Part shown: positions 30,809-40,995 of the stretch, piece after piece
Position numbering within the stretch: the stretch's first letter is position 1
Layout: each line of letters starts with the position of its first letter
IMG/VR virus record: IMGVR_UViG_3300025413_000016
Length of the DNA: 64,000 bases
Reading direction: 5' to 3' (one strand)
From: an uncultured virus (IMG/VR IMGVR_UViG_3300025413_000016)
Lineage: Duplodnaviria > Heunggongvirae > Uroviricota > Caudoviricetes
Made by a program: the position numbers and the translations under genes
Notes under the pieces: model-generated
Database searches by the model: none
Told to the model about the DNA's origin: nothing
Seen by the model: the letters and a program-made list of their open reading frames with translations, nothing else

Positions 30809-31573
30809 TTAGCCGAAGTAGTTGTGGTTATTGTCTACACTTGAGTAAGGAACGTTTCTTTCACTGTAAACGGTAACTGTCCCGCCAGAGATTGTGAGGG
30901 AGTCAACATCATTGAGGTTTTGTTGACCAATACTGCCGTTAACCCAAGTGGCTTCCTGACCAATCTGCTGTGCGCTAAGGTCAAGGAACATACCAGGAAG
31001 AGTCCAGTCAATAATGCCACTAGCTGTAGCACCGGAAGCAGCAACTCTGTAAACGTTGTAGAAAATGCCACTTGCCACAGGGACCTTAAGGAGCACCGGT
31101 ACGCTAGCAGCGGTAACAGAACCAGTTACAATTGTAGTCCAGTTTGTGGAATTGTATAAAGTAGCGTTTGAAGTGTAGTAGGCATTTGGAGTAAAACGGT
31201 CAAATGTTCCCTGAATAGCCACTGCGGCTGTACCGGTCCAACCAGTCTCTGCGCTAAGCACAGCAGTAAGGGATTGAACATCCTGCAAAGAAACATTGTT
31301 GTCAGGAGCACAGATAAAGCTAACGTCAACGGCACCGTTACCATTGACGTTCAGGTTAAGACCAGGATTTAATGAACCGGGTTGTGCGTAGCCGATGTTG
31401 CCGCTAGTAGTCATGTAACCTACACCACTAGTAGTATTAATTTGCTGGCCATAAGCCACAGCAGGAGAGTATACCGAACCAGGAGTACCGTCTCCACCAT
31501 AATTGGTAACGAATTGACCCAATGGCCATGTCTTCTTTGTTTGCTTTGGGCCTTTACCTTCTGCGATGTTCAT
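30809..31573 (-). CDS. Putative virion structural protein (beta-sandwich)
   Basis: 254 aa, S/G/T-rich, AGGAG RBS. Confidence 0.6.
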   Translation of the reverse strand: MNIAEGKGPKQTKKTWPLGQFVTNYGGDGTPGSVYSPAVAYGQQINTTSGVGYMTTSGNIGYAQPGSLNPGLNLNVNGNGAVDVSFICAPDNNVSLQDVQSLTAVLSAETGWTGTAAVAIQGTFDRFTPNAYYTSNATLYNSTNWTTIVTGSVTAASVPVLLKVPVASGIFYNVYRVAASGATASGIIDWTLPGMFLDLSAQQIGQEATWVNGSIGQQNLNDVDSLTISGGTVTVYSERNVPYSSVDNNHNYFG

Positions 31574-31581
31574 GCTCTCTC

Positions 31582-32199
31582 CTAGAGGCTCATATAATCT
31601 ATGCCTAGATCCGGCGTATTAGATTCTTGTAAAAATCTCATGGCGTTTGCGCTGATATCACTATCAGCTACTCCGCCCATTGCCGGTAAATCTGTTGTTG
31701 GTACTGATTGGACTGTCTGTGGTCTTGGCGCTGGCTGAGCTTGTACAGGAGCAGGTGCCGGAGCAACCCTTACAGTCAGTGCCTTTTCTACCTTGCCTTC
31801 AAGAGTCTTAAAGGATGTGGTAACTTGGTTTAGTGCGCTACTTATTGCACGTTCAACCTGTTGCCCAATTGGCTCTTCAGCTTTCTTTGGCTCAGGTCTA
31901 ACAAAATATTTTTTGAGAACATCATCACAAAGGTCCCAAGTCAACTTATTGATTTCAGGTCCAGTGAGGCGTTGAATTCTCTTGGGTTTTTCATCCCATG
32001 CATAGTGGTAAACATTACCGTCGTAATCAGTTAGAGTTCCAAAAGAAACACCATCTGCTGATACTTGGAATGTTAAGAACTCTATATTTGCCACCGTTTT
32101 ATTTTGTGGAAGTGGAGTTTCTTCAACAACGGGGGCTTCAACCTCAAGGACCTCTTCTACAGGAGTAGAAACGATCTTAGTTTTTCTAGATCTAAACAT
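31582..32199 (-). CDS. Hypothetical protein
   Basis: 205 aa with Pro-rich linker. Confidence 0.6.
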   Translation of the reverse strand: MFRSRKTKIVSTPVEEVLEVEAPVVEETPLPQNKTVANIEFLTFQVSADGVSFGTLTDYDGNVYHYAWDEKPKRIQRLTGPEINKLTWDLCDDVLKKYFVRPEPKKAEEPIGQQVERAISSALNQVTTSFKTLEGKVEKALTVRVAPAPAPVQAQPAPRPQTVQSVPTTDLPAMGGVADSDISANAMRFLQESNTPDLGIDYMSL

Positions 32200-32202
32200 G
32201 GT

Positions 32203-32769
32203 TTATTGAGCAATCACCAATTCGTAGTCGCCCTTGCGCTCAACGGAGGCAGTCTTATCATCCCAAACGACAGCAAATTCACTGTCGCCAACGGCAATAA
32301 CTGTACCGGCAATCTTGGTATTAGGCGTTTCAGCAACGACACGGGAGTTAACAATCGTGCCAGTGTTGATGTTTGCAACGATACCCATCGTAAAACCATC
32401 GTAAGCCTGATCACGTCTAAAACCTTGTGACTGTGAAGCAAACTTAGAAGCTTTAACAGGTGCGAGTTGAAGGTCACGAGTGCCAGCAACTTCTGGTTCC
32501 ATAACCATCAAAGCACGGTCTTGTGCAGGGTTTGACATGACATTGTTCTGCATACCAATTGCATTGTCGCGGTCAATCTGTGCAGCCTCACCAGACTTGT
32601 ACTCATCATAAGCTTGCTGGTTGCGCTGGTAGTCACTCTTGTTATTAACAAAGTCGCCAAGCCACTGCTGGCTAGGGTCTTGAAAATTGACATCTGGGCC
32701 TTGACCCATTTCGTCAGCAGCTGTTTTAGTAAAAAGATCAGCTACGTTTACGTTTAAACGTGGTTCCAT
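32203..32769 (-). CDS. Putative head-internal protein (start refined to ATG 32769)
   Basis: AGGAG RBS; FTKTAAD and KASKFAS motifs; SH3-like C terminus. Confidence 0.6.
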   Translation of the reverse strand: MEPRLNVNVADLFTKTAADEMGQGPDVNFQDPSQQWLGDFVNNKSDYQRNQQAYDEYKSGEAAQIDRDNAIGMQNNVMSNPAQDRALMVMEPEVAGTRDLQLAPVKASKFASQSQGFRRDQAYDGFTMGIVANINTGTIVNSRVVAETPNTKIAGTVIAVGDSEFAVVWDDKTASVERKGDYELVIAQ

Positions 32770-32828
32770 TGATTTCTCCTGTACTTGGATACATACACTA
32801 TGGTACATATCGACTTTAATTACATTGT

Positions 32829-33242
32829 CTATTTGCTAGGTGGTTGTGAAGCACCAGTGTTTGGGTCAGAATATTCTTCTTCAGCATTTGCATTTGTCAT
32901 TGGCTTTACTTTTGGTTTTTTTGCTGTTTCAGTGACATTATCCATGTCTGTGTGAGCAACATAACGCATTTTTGAAGCAAATTCCCAAATATTTTCTTTT
33001 TTGGAAGACGTTCTATTATTAGCGTTTAGATCTTGTAGAGAAAAGTCATGATTATCTTGCTTAAGACCACCTGAATTCATTAAGCAGTATGCGTGTGAAA
33101 ACAAAGGACGTTTCCCGTCAACAGCTACACCATCTGATAAGACTCTACCCAAACCTTGTGCACCAGCTGGCATATCACAAAAACGGCATGGAACACCAGG
33201 GGGAGCATCCTTTGGATCTACATAGCTTCTTTTAATTGTCAT
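32829..33242 (-). CDS. Hypothetical Zn-binding protein (start refined to ATG 33242)
   Basis: GGAG RBS; CRFC...HAYC. Confidence 0.55.
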   Translation of the reverse strand: MTIKRSYVDPKDAPPGVPCRFCDMPAGAQGLGRVLSDGVAVDGKRPLFSHAYCLMNSGGLKQDNHDFSLQDLNANNRTSSKKENIWEFASKMRYVAHTDMDNVTETAKKPKVKPMTNANAEEEYSDPNTGASQPPSK

Positions 33243-33243
33243 A

Positions 33244-35592
33244 TTATTCTCCATCTTCTTCTTCACCGATACCAAGCTCTTCAAGGCCAGAGTTGATATT
33301 GTTACCTTCTCTAATTGCTTTTTTAGCTCTCTCGTATTGCTCGGGGAAAAGATCTTTACCTGTAACTTGCTTATAAGTGCTTTTAACAACATCCATTGTG
33401 GATGACTCTTTTTCTGGAGAAAGCTGCTTTTCTGAATCAGGTGTCATGTCATAGGGGATAGAGTCAAATGGTTTATCGTCAAGTGTTGGGGTGCTGCTGT
33501 TAAAATTCGTTTCGCCTGGTTTTTCAATTTTTTCCAAGCCGTGTGGTTTAAGTTCGTTACCGCCAATTGGTACAACAAGACTATCTTTGTGGTTGTAGTC
33601 AACTGTACCTGTCTGCTTTACACCCAACTGAAGGTCGTTAGCAAGCTCTCGAGACCATTGATCCATGCGTTGTCTAGTTGCTGAGTCACTAGACCGTACA
33701 CTGTTTTTAATTTCGTCCTGGCTAAGTCCAATACCGTTTCTATAAACGACATCCATCTTTACTTTTTTAAGCGGATTAATCTTTCTACCGCCAGGGTAGC
33801 TACCTGTGATGTTTGTTGCTGGCAATGTTGATGTAACAACACCAGCATATCCAACCATTGGTGCGTTTGCTGGGGATAGTCTTGCTAAAGCAGTTTTTGG
33901 TACAGAAGTGTGAACCTGCCAGTAACCAACATCATTCAAAGGAGACTTTTCACCAGTAAAATGGGCAATCGATTGGTGAGCATTTTTAATGTGTGTGATT
34001 ACATCTTTGTATATTTGTGGTCTTTTGTTAAAACGAGTATCTTCATTTGGGTTAGAAAATCCATCAATGGTTGGTACACCATTAATTGTTTTTTCAATTT
34101 GAATCTGCTTGTCTGGACGGTCTTGCACTTTACGCCCAAGCTCACCGCTGCGCTCACCACGAATTGCTCCCATTGGACGATAATAAACAGCAACGTCAGC
34201 AGTGTGCTCACCAGCATTAAGAACAATTCCAGCTACTGCTTTGTCACGAGTAGACCGTCCTTGGAACATATTTTCAATTTTTTCACGGTCTTCTTTTGTG
34301 TACATGCGTTGTTTAGCAATGTGATTAATGTTTCCTTTGTTCATACCACATTTTGCGCATGTATTTTGTGGTATTACACTAGGTGTTGGTTTAACATTAG
34401 GGCTTAATGAATCTGGACCAGGTTGTGGGTTTGTCCAATCTGTTACTTCTGATGTTTCGCCTGTTTGGTGGTTAAGTTCTTGTCGAGTGTAAGTATCTAC
34501 AAATTGGTGAAAGCCTTCATCTGGTTTATCCAAAGAATAGTCTGGATCAACCGTGTTCCAGTTGAGGAAATGAACCATGTCATGCTTACGAATAGGATCA
34601 TCTTCGTGGCCAGCGGCCATTACAAGAGCTTTGGCAGGTTCTTTATAACGGTCACGAACAGCTATTGGTCTAAGTAGATCTTGAATAAATGGACTACTTT
34701 TAGAGCGGTTATGCGTATCTTTTTTCTTTACGCTATTAATACCAATTCGTTTACGAATTTGATCAACTTGTGGCTTAAATGCACAATCTACGTGACATTT
34801 TTTACTTGTGCACCAAGTGTCGTGGAAATTAATAGCAGAATTAATTTGTCTAGCTCTACCAGCAATATCCATTATGCTTGTTTCAAGCGGTTGTCTCCCA
34901 GTTGCTGAATAAACGTAATGTTTTGTTGGTGAAGATATTCTATCGCCAGCTTTAAGCGCACGAAATTCATTAGTTTTTTCATCTTTAATGCGATAATTAG
35001 GATTATCAACTGGTGACCACTTTGTAAGAGTGTGTCCTTGATTCAAACATATTGTGCAAAATTTTTGTTTAGCAAGTTTTTGGGTCTCATAACCAACGCT
35101 TGGATTGCCACCGTTTTTTCTTCCACCGCAGCCACCACCAACTTTCACACCATCTTTATTGTATACAGGATCTGGGCAGCGATAAGCCTCTGAGTGACGA
35201 AGCATATAATCTACAGAAGCATAGGTAGCATTAATTTTCTTTTTGTTTTCTTCATGCTCACGCATATATGCTTGATGGGGGAAAGAACCAGCGAGACTAT
35301 CCTTGCCAGGAGAATCACCTCTAGCCCAGCTTGCTTTGACCGCTTGTGCTCTTTGGTGCCAAAAAGCGGCATTCTCTTCCGGAGAAGCAATATTTTCATT
35401 GGGTCTTAATTCTTGGTCTGGTTTTTTAACGTAATAAGTTATTGATTCACCTGATTTTTCATGGTCATCAGAATTATCATTTTCAAAGTAGTCCTGAACT
35501 GCCGGGTCAATATGGACGTTATAATCTTCAAGGCCCCCAAGGCCTCCAAAGTCAATAGCATATTTAGAATTAAATTGTTTCTTATCAGTCAT
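33244..35592 (-). CDS. Large Zn-finger-containing putative head-internal protein
   Basis: 782 aa; N-terminal FNSKYA; CTICLNQG and CAKCG motifs. Confidence 0.7.
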   Translation of the reverse strand: MTDKKQFNSKYAIDFGGLGGLEDYNVHIDPAVQDYFENDNSDDHEKSGESITYYVKKPDQELRPNENIASPEENAAFWHQRAQAVKASWARGDSPGKDSLAGSFPHQAYMREHEENKKKINATYASVDYMLRHSEAYRCPDPVYNKDGVKVGGGCGGRKNGGNPSVGYETQKLAKQKFCTICLNQGHTLTKWSPVDNPNYRIKDEKTNEFRALKAGDRISSPTKHYVYSATGRQPLETSIMDIAGRARQINSAINFHDTWCTSKKCHVDCAFKPQVDQIRKRIGINSVKKKDTHNRSKSSPFIQDLLRPIAVRDRYKEPAKALVMAAGHEDDPIRKHDMVHFLNWNTVDPDYSLDKPDEGFHQFVDTYTRQELNHQTGETSEVTDWTNPQPGPDSLSPNVKPTPSVIPQNTCAKCGMNKGNINHIAKQRMYTKEDREKIENMFQGRSTRDKAVAGIVLNAGEHTADVAVYYRPMGAIRGERSGELGRKVQDRPDKQIQIEKTINGVPTIDGFSNPNEDTRFNKRPQIYKDVITHIKNAHQSIAHFTGEKSPLNDVGYWQVHTSVPKTALARLSPANAPMVGYAGVVTSTLPATNITGSYPGGRKINPLKKVKMDVVYRNGIGLSQDEIKNSVRSSDSATRQRMDQWSRELANDLQLGVKQTGTVDYNHKDSLVVPIGGNELKPHGLEKIEKPGETNFNSSTPTLDDKPFDSIPYDMTPDSEKQLSPEKESSTMDVVKSTYKQVTGKDLFPEQYERAKKAIREGNNINSGLEELGIGEEEDGE

Positions 35593-35601
35593 ATTTTTTT
35601 C

Positions 35602-38199
35602 CTAAACTTCTTGCATTCTAGGCAGCTGTCGGCTGGGGAATCTGTCAATTTCTTTTCTAATCTCTTCGTCATTATCAACGTGCTTACCAATTGTCTTCAA
35701 CAATTCATCGCGAGCAGATTCAAAAGGCTCCCAGTGACTACTGTCATCACTATTGGTTTTTTCTCTGTCTTCTTGGATTCCAGATGCTTCTGTGTATAAT
35801 TTATTCAATGATTCATTAATTTTATCACGGGCATCGCCTTGCAAACCAGTTCTGTCAAGTACCTTTTCAACCCGTTGAATTCTGCTTTGAACCTTTGGGT
35901 GGAAGTTGTTAAGGTCAACTCTTGAATTGTCGGTAAGATTTTCTTTTCTTTCGGCAGACAATGGTGTATTAATTGGAAGAGCTTTAAACCCTTTAGTGTC
36001 AAGAAAATCTTTAACCAATTTCAATTCTCTACTAGAGCCATTGTATGAATAGTTAGGGCTTTTTCTAATAACAGCTGCTTGTTTATTTAATGATTCAAGA
36101 TCTTTTTTAGAAATGCTCACGCCGTTTCTAACAAAACCAAGAACACTTGAATCACCGATAAGTTCACCACTAGGCCATCCCCATTTTTCACCCATTTTTG
36201 AACGTGCCCATTCAGGTAATTTACTTACATTTTTAGGTGGTTTAGCATTGATTGCACCAACAGGCACTACTTTATGCGGATTAGAATCTGGATCATCTTT
36301 GTAAGCGTTGTGCATAGCAAGTTGGTACATAGATGCTGGAATTGTTATGTGAGTTGGGTGAATCCATTGAGAACCAGCGGGAGCAACCATGTGATCTTTC
36401 TGGTCATACCAGCCATACGTACAAGGGCATGGTTTGTTATCTACCGTGCGATAGTCGTTCTGGTCTTTACCAGTTTTCTTAGCCCATTCTGAGCAGCGTG
36501 GGCAAGTGGGATCAGCTGGTTTGTAACCATCTGGTTCGTTTCCATGATTATTTAAACCAGTAACTCTGTAAATAGACAATGTCATTGGGTTACCATCAAA
36601 TTCTTTTACTTTGATATCAAAGCCAGGTTCTCTTGACGATTTACCAACAGTTTTTGTTTTAGTAATAAAACCTGGGTCATCAAGGCATTTTGGGCAACGG
36701 TTGTCTGGCGTAATACGAATTGTTGGGTCAATAACATCACCATGGTTTTTGCATACCATACCAACATTTTTAAAATTGTATCCGTGTACCTGATTAAGGT
36801 TTTTACCCGTGCTTTCGCCAGTTTCATCGTCATAGCATGCTTTACATGGCCCAATTGCTCTTGAACCGGTTGAATCTGTATGGATTTTTTGTTTTGTACC
36901 CTTACAAGAAGTGCAACGACCAGCATCATCTTTATCAATATACAATAAAGAACCACCCATACCAATAGTGTATGGTTTTAAAACAATTTTACCAGTATCT
37001 GTTTTAAAAGCCTTGTAATTAATTTTACCCTCTGAACAATCATTGCATGGGATATTATTTTCTCTTTGCAATGCATTGAGTTTGCCTTTATAACAATCAG
37101 GGCATACTGTTTTTTTAGTTACTTCTTTTGGTTCTTCTTTTTCTTCATATTTTTCACCTGATTTAGGATCAATTTTATAACGGGAAAGTCTAATTGGTTT
37201 TACACCAATGTGAAAAACGGGAACTCTGCCGCCAAGGTCTTGAATCTTATATTTTGTGTTGCCATCTTCATCAACAATTGGTACAGCTGCAACTCGCAAA
37301 GAAGAATCCTCTGCTCTGTAAACTGAATTGTCAAGTACGGATCTAAATTCGTGGTGTCCTTCAAGGTGCTCACCAGTTGCATTGTAGTGATCAATAGCAG
37401 ATTGTTTTTCTACGTGCTTATCAGCAGGCAAGTGGCATGCTGCGCAAAGATCTTCACCTGGTTTCATTGGTGGGTGAGCTACATCATCAGTAAAAATCTT
37501 TTGGATAGCAACATCGCCACCATAGTTAGCAATAAGGTTTAAAGGGTGTGTAGGGTCAAACTCAGGTGCATTTAATTTTGGCATGTTATTTACACGCTTG
37601 CGCATATCATTACGCATATTTGCATGGTCAAGTATCTGATGGAATTTACGAAGAGGACCTAGATCGTCATCTTTTGTAATACCTGCATCACTATTGAATG
37701 ATTTAATGAATGGACCATTAAATTTATCACTCGCTCTAGGAGTTTCTTTTAATCTGTAACCAATCATACCTTTAGGAGCAAGCTTAGACAATTCACTATT
37801 GGCACCATATTGGCTTGGAGAAATGCCTGGAGTTTTGCTGCCATCTTCGTTTGCATTAGCAATTTCTTCGTAACCATTTTTAGGGTTCATTACATGCAAA
37901 CGAATAGAACGCACCATCTCTTGTGCATTACCAAGACTGTGTCCTTGAGCAGTAAATACATCCGGGTGAATAACAGCCCATTTACTTGGCCGGTGACCAG
38001 CTTCTGTATTAAGGTGACTCATAGGATCACCCATGTGAACTGCAAAGGGTTTGATTAAATCGTCTTCTTTTTCGTTGTGTTCGTCGCGTTGTTTATCATA
38101 ACGATCGTTGTTGGCATCATTTGCCTCGATCATTTCACGGGCCCCTATATTGACCCATCTTTCAGCAGCAGTTTTTTTAAAAAAAGAAAATTTGTACAT
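35602..38199 (-). CDS. Large protein with DnaJ-like CxxCxG repeats, putative head-internal
   Basis: 865 aa; N-terminal FFKKTAA; CPDCYKG, CNDCSEG, CTSCKG, CKAC, CPKC. Confidence 0.7.
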   Translation of the reverse strand: MYKFSFFKKTAAERWVNIGAREMIEANDANNDRYDKQRDEHNEKEDDLIKPFAVHMGDPMSHLNTEAGHRPSKWAVIHPDVFTAQGHSLGNAQEMVRSIRLHVMNPKNGYEEIANANEDGSKTPGISPSQYGANSELSKLAPKGMIGYRLKETPRASDKFNGPFIKSFNSDAGITKDDDLGPLRKFHQILDHANMRNDMRKRVNNMPKLNAPEFDPTHPLNLIANYGGDVAIQKIFTDDVAHPPMKPGEDLCAACHLPADKHVEKQSAIDHYNATGEHLEGHHEFRSVLDNSVYRAEDSSLRVAAVPIVDEDGNTKYKIQDLGGRVPVFHIGVKPIRLSRYKIDPKSGEKYEEKEEPKEVTKKTVCPDCYKGKLNALQRENNIPCNDCSEGKINYKAFKTDTGKIVLKPYTIGMGGSLLYIDKDDAGRCTSCKGTKQKIHTDSTGSRAIGPCKACYDDETGESTGKNLNQVHGYNFKNVGMVCKNHGDVIDPTIRITPDNRCPKCLDDPGFITKTKTVGKSSREPGFDIKVKEFDGNPMTLSIYRVTGLNNHGNEPDGYKPADPTCPRCSEWAKKTGKDQNDYRTVDNKPCPCTYGWYDQKDHMVAPAGSQWIHPTHITIPASMYQLAMHNAYKDDPDSNPHKVVPVGAINAKPPKNVSKLPEWARSKMGEKWGWPSGELIGDSSVLGFVRNGVSISKKDLESLNKQAAVIRKSPNYSYNGSSRELKLVKDFLDTKGFKALPINTPLSAERKENLTDNSRVDLNNFHPKVQSRIQRVEKVLDRTGLQGDARDKINESLNKLYTEASGIQEDREKTNSDDSSHWEPFESARDELLKTIGKHVDNDEEIRKEIDRFPSRQLPRMQEV

Positions 38200-38210
38200 T
38201 GTTTACCTTA

Positions 38211-38846
38211 TTACAACAAGTCTTCAGCAGAAGATTGTCCGTACTCTGTTCCAACATCAAACATATCAACATCATTTTCATCTTCAATCGGGTGTTCAAG
38301 ATCTGGTTTATACGTAATTGGTGTAGTATCAAGCCCCATATTACGTTTTCTTCTAGAAGCGACTTGTTTATTCCAATTAGTTTTAATTTGTTCAAACCGT
38401 TTTCTTTTTGCTTCTTTAACCTCGTATGAAGCTTCAGGAGATTCGTTTGGGTTTACATATGGTCTAATATTTAATGAATCATTCAATGCTTTCATTTGGT
38501 GATAAGCAACAAAAGAAGCATGGTTGATGCATGATGGAGTAGGGCTGGAGCCTTCATAGCAAACTACAGCTGTAGCGTCTGGGTTGTTAACTTTTTTGTT
38601 GTAATCACCCAAACTTTCAAGGTGTTCAATATCCGGATCAAGATCTCCACCGTTTTCACCCAGTGCATCAATATCAGCGCCTACTCTTCTGTCGTAAACG
38701 TCGCATTCACCAACTTGGTCTTTAGGCATACCAAACAATTTTTGAAAAGTTGGTTCATCAAATGATTGTTTAGCTGTATCCCAAATACAGCGACCAACGT
38801 GAAGTGGCCGACCTGGTTTAATTTTTGTTGGTACTTGCCCTCTCAT
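38211..38846 (-). CDS. Hypothetical protein
   Basis: 211 aa ORF in the operon. Confidence 0.6.
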   Translation of the reverse strand: MRGQVPTKIKPGRPLHVGRCIWDTAKQSFDEPTFQKLFGMPKDQVGECDVYDRRVGADIDALGENGGDLDPDIEHLESLGDYNKKVNNPDATAVVCYEGSSPTPSCINHASFVAYHQMKALNDSLNIRPYVNPNESPEASYEVKEAKRKRFEQIKTNWNKQVASRRKRNMGLDTTPITYKPDLEHPIEDENDVDMFDVGTEYGQSSAEDLL

Positions 38847-38848
38847 TG

Positions 38849-40963
38849 CTATTCACCTTCTCTGCACTTATATTGTTCAAGAAGGAATTTATTCAAAGCA
38901 TCTGCATGCTCATCAGGATCTTTTATCTGATTAATTTTTTTTGTTCCTTCTTTAAATTCTTTACTATCATTGATAGCTGCAATTTTTTCTGGATATTCAT
39001 CTTTATCAATGAGACCAGTCCCCTTGCAGATTGAACACCATTTACCGTGCCCCTGTACCGTATAGGTTGGAGTCTGATCTTTATAATCATGGTCCGGCAT
39101 AGGAGATTTTTCTTTTTCCTCATAGTCTGTATCTGGTTCTTCAGTGTCAACTAGCTCAGGGACATTACTCTCTGGTGTATATGTGTCAAATTCATCTGGG
39201 TTAGGTTCTCTTGCTGTAACAGTTGGTTTTGATCCACCATTAATATCACTAAAATCTTCATCATCATCTTCAACGTTTCTGTTTGCTTCATCTGGATCAA
39301 CTTTAACTTTTTTAGCAAAACCTGAGAAATTTGTTTCTGATGCTTTGTGATACCAAGCATTTTCTGCGCCCGACGTTCCACAAATTTTACAAGCTTCAGA
39401 ACCTTCTTGTGGAACGTAAGCATGCGCTTTGTGATAATTAGCGTTGCCATTGCTAGGAACTTCACAGCCTCTGCAGTGCCCTGGGTGACCTTTGAGCTCA
39501 AGCTTTGCGCCAGATTCGTCGTATGGTTCACACTCATGTTCTTTAGTTTCACCATTATTGTATGTAGTCTTGTAAATACCTTTACAAGTTACACAGTGAT
39601 CAGGTCTGTCTTCAATTTCTCCAAAATTTTTGCAAAGATTGCAAACAGTGTCAGGACTACCCCAATAACCACGAAGTTTACCTTCGCAATTTTGATTTCT
39701 TGGATCGTGTCCAAAACAATGTTGGTCTTTATCATATTTGTCACTGCCACAATTGCCATTTTTTTCTTTCATGCAATTTTTGCAATGTGGTTCAACCCAA
39801 TAAGGGTTATCAGGGCGATTATATTGTGATTTGCCTTCACATTCTGGGCATATTCTGTAGTCAGCATCACTTTTTTTAGAATAATCTTCAACAGTACCTT
39901 GTGTGTCTGCAGTGGAAGATTCACCACCCTGTTCAAGCAAAAAGTGAGCCTCAGGCATCTCTAATTCATCAAGGTGTCTAAAGTTATCGTCAGAATCGTA
40001 GTCATCCGATGCTGGAGTTTCTACCAATCTGCCTTCATTAAAATAACCGGGGATAATAGAATCAGCAGTTCTTCTAAAACTAGCTGTTTTACCTGGTTCT
40101 TCAACACTGACAGGGTATAACTTTTTATTACTCTTCCAATTGTCAAGAATGTTACGGAAGTGATCGTGAAAAGACAGGCCTTCATTAGTATTAGACAATG
40201 CTGTATACATGTCTTCTCTAAGCTGAGGGTCAGAAACGTTTTCATTAATCATTGATTGAAGTTTTTGACTAGGCAATGGAAGTTCTCTTGGGTTAGAACT
40301 TATAAGAGCGTTGGGATCACTAACATCAATTTTTTCAGGGTCTTTAATTAAGTGAATACCAAAACCTATATTGTTATCACCTTTACAATCTATTTTTTTG
40401 CAATATCTACATGCGCCACCGTGATTACCAAAACCACGAAGACCACCAACACATGTTTCCATTGCTCTATTGATTCTAGGGCTATCAATATTTTTGGGGT
40501 TTGCTAGAACATTTTCATCGTAATTACGGCACTCTGAATCATCAGGGCAACGTGCGTGATCAAATTTACCTTGGCAGTACATGTGACCAGGATATGCATT
40601 GCCTTCTGGATCTCTTCTACCATTAGTGAGTCTATTGTCTGGAATATACTTATCGCATTTTGAACAGACCCAACCTTTTTCTTGATTAAAATAGGCTGGT
40701 GAACGGTCATCTACACCATTAAACTTATGATAGGTATACCCTGGGGTGGGGCTCCTATAAGTTTTATGAGCGTCATCCATCTTGGGCATAGACCCTTTTT
40801 CGTAGCTCATGTACCAAAAAGGATTGTCATCTGTAGTTTCGGGACCATCACCATGCTCTTGCATAAATTTTGCAAGTTCTTCAGGCGATAATTTTGGGTA
40901 ATTAGGACCAAATAATGGTGCAGCCGATTGCTTGTTAAATGATGAATTAAATGTTTTAGACAT
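38849..40963 (-). CDS. Large Cys/His-rich Zn-finger protein, putative head-internal
   Basis: 704 aa; FNSSFNKQSAA start; internal GKTASFRRTAD; many CxxC. Confidence 0.7.
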   Translation of the reverse strand: MSKTFNSSFNKQSAAPLFGPNYPKLSPEELAKFMQEHGDGPETTDDNPFWYMSYEKGSMPKMDDAHKTYRSPTPGYTYHKFNGVDDRSPAYFNQEKGWVCSKCDKYIPDNRLTNGRRDPEGNAYPGHMYCQGKFDHARCPDDSECRNYDENVLANPKNIDSPRINRAMETCVGGLRGFGNHGGACRYCKKIDCKGDNNIGFGIHLIKDPEKIDVSDPNALISSNPRELPLPSQKLQSMINENVSDPQLREDMYTALSNTNEGLSFHDHFRNILDNWKSNKKLYPVSVEEPGKTASFRRTADSIIPGYFNEGRLVETPASDDYDSDDNFRHLDELEMPEAHFLLEQGGESSTADTQGTVEDYSKKSDADYRICPECEGKSQYNRPDNPYWVEPHCKNCMKEKNGNCGSDKYDKDQHCFGHDPRNQNCEGKLRGYWGSPDTVCNLCKNFGEIEDRPDHCVTCKGIYKTTYNNGETKEHECEPYDESGAKLELKGHPGHCRGCEVPSNGNANYHKAHAYVPQEGSEACKICGTSGAENAWYHKASETNFSGFAKKVKVDPDEANRNVEDDDEDFSDINGGSKPTVTAREPNPDEFDTYTPESNVPELVDTEEPDTDYEEKEKSPMPDHDYKDQTPTYTVQGHGKWCSICKGTGLIDKDEYPEKIAAINDSKEFKEGTKKINQIKDPDEHADALNKFLLEQYKCREGE

Positions 40964-40995
40964 TATTAACCTATCTAATATTTTATAGGTTAAAC

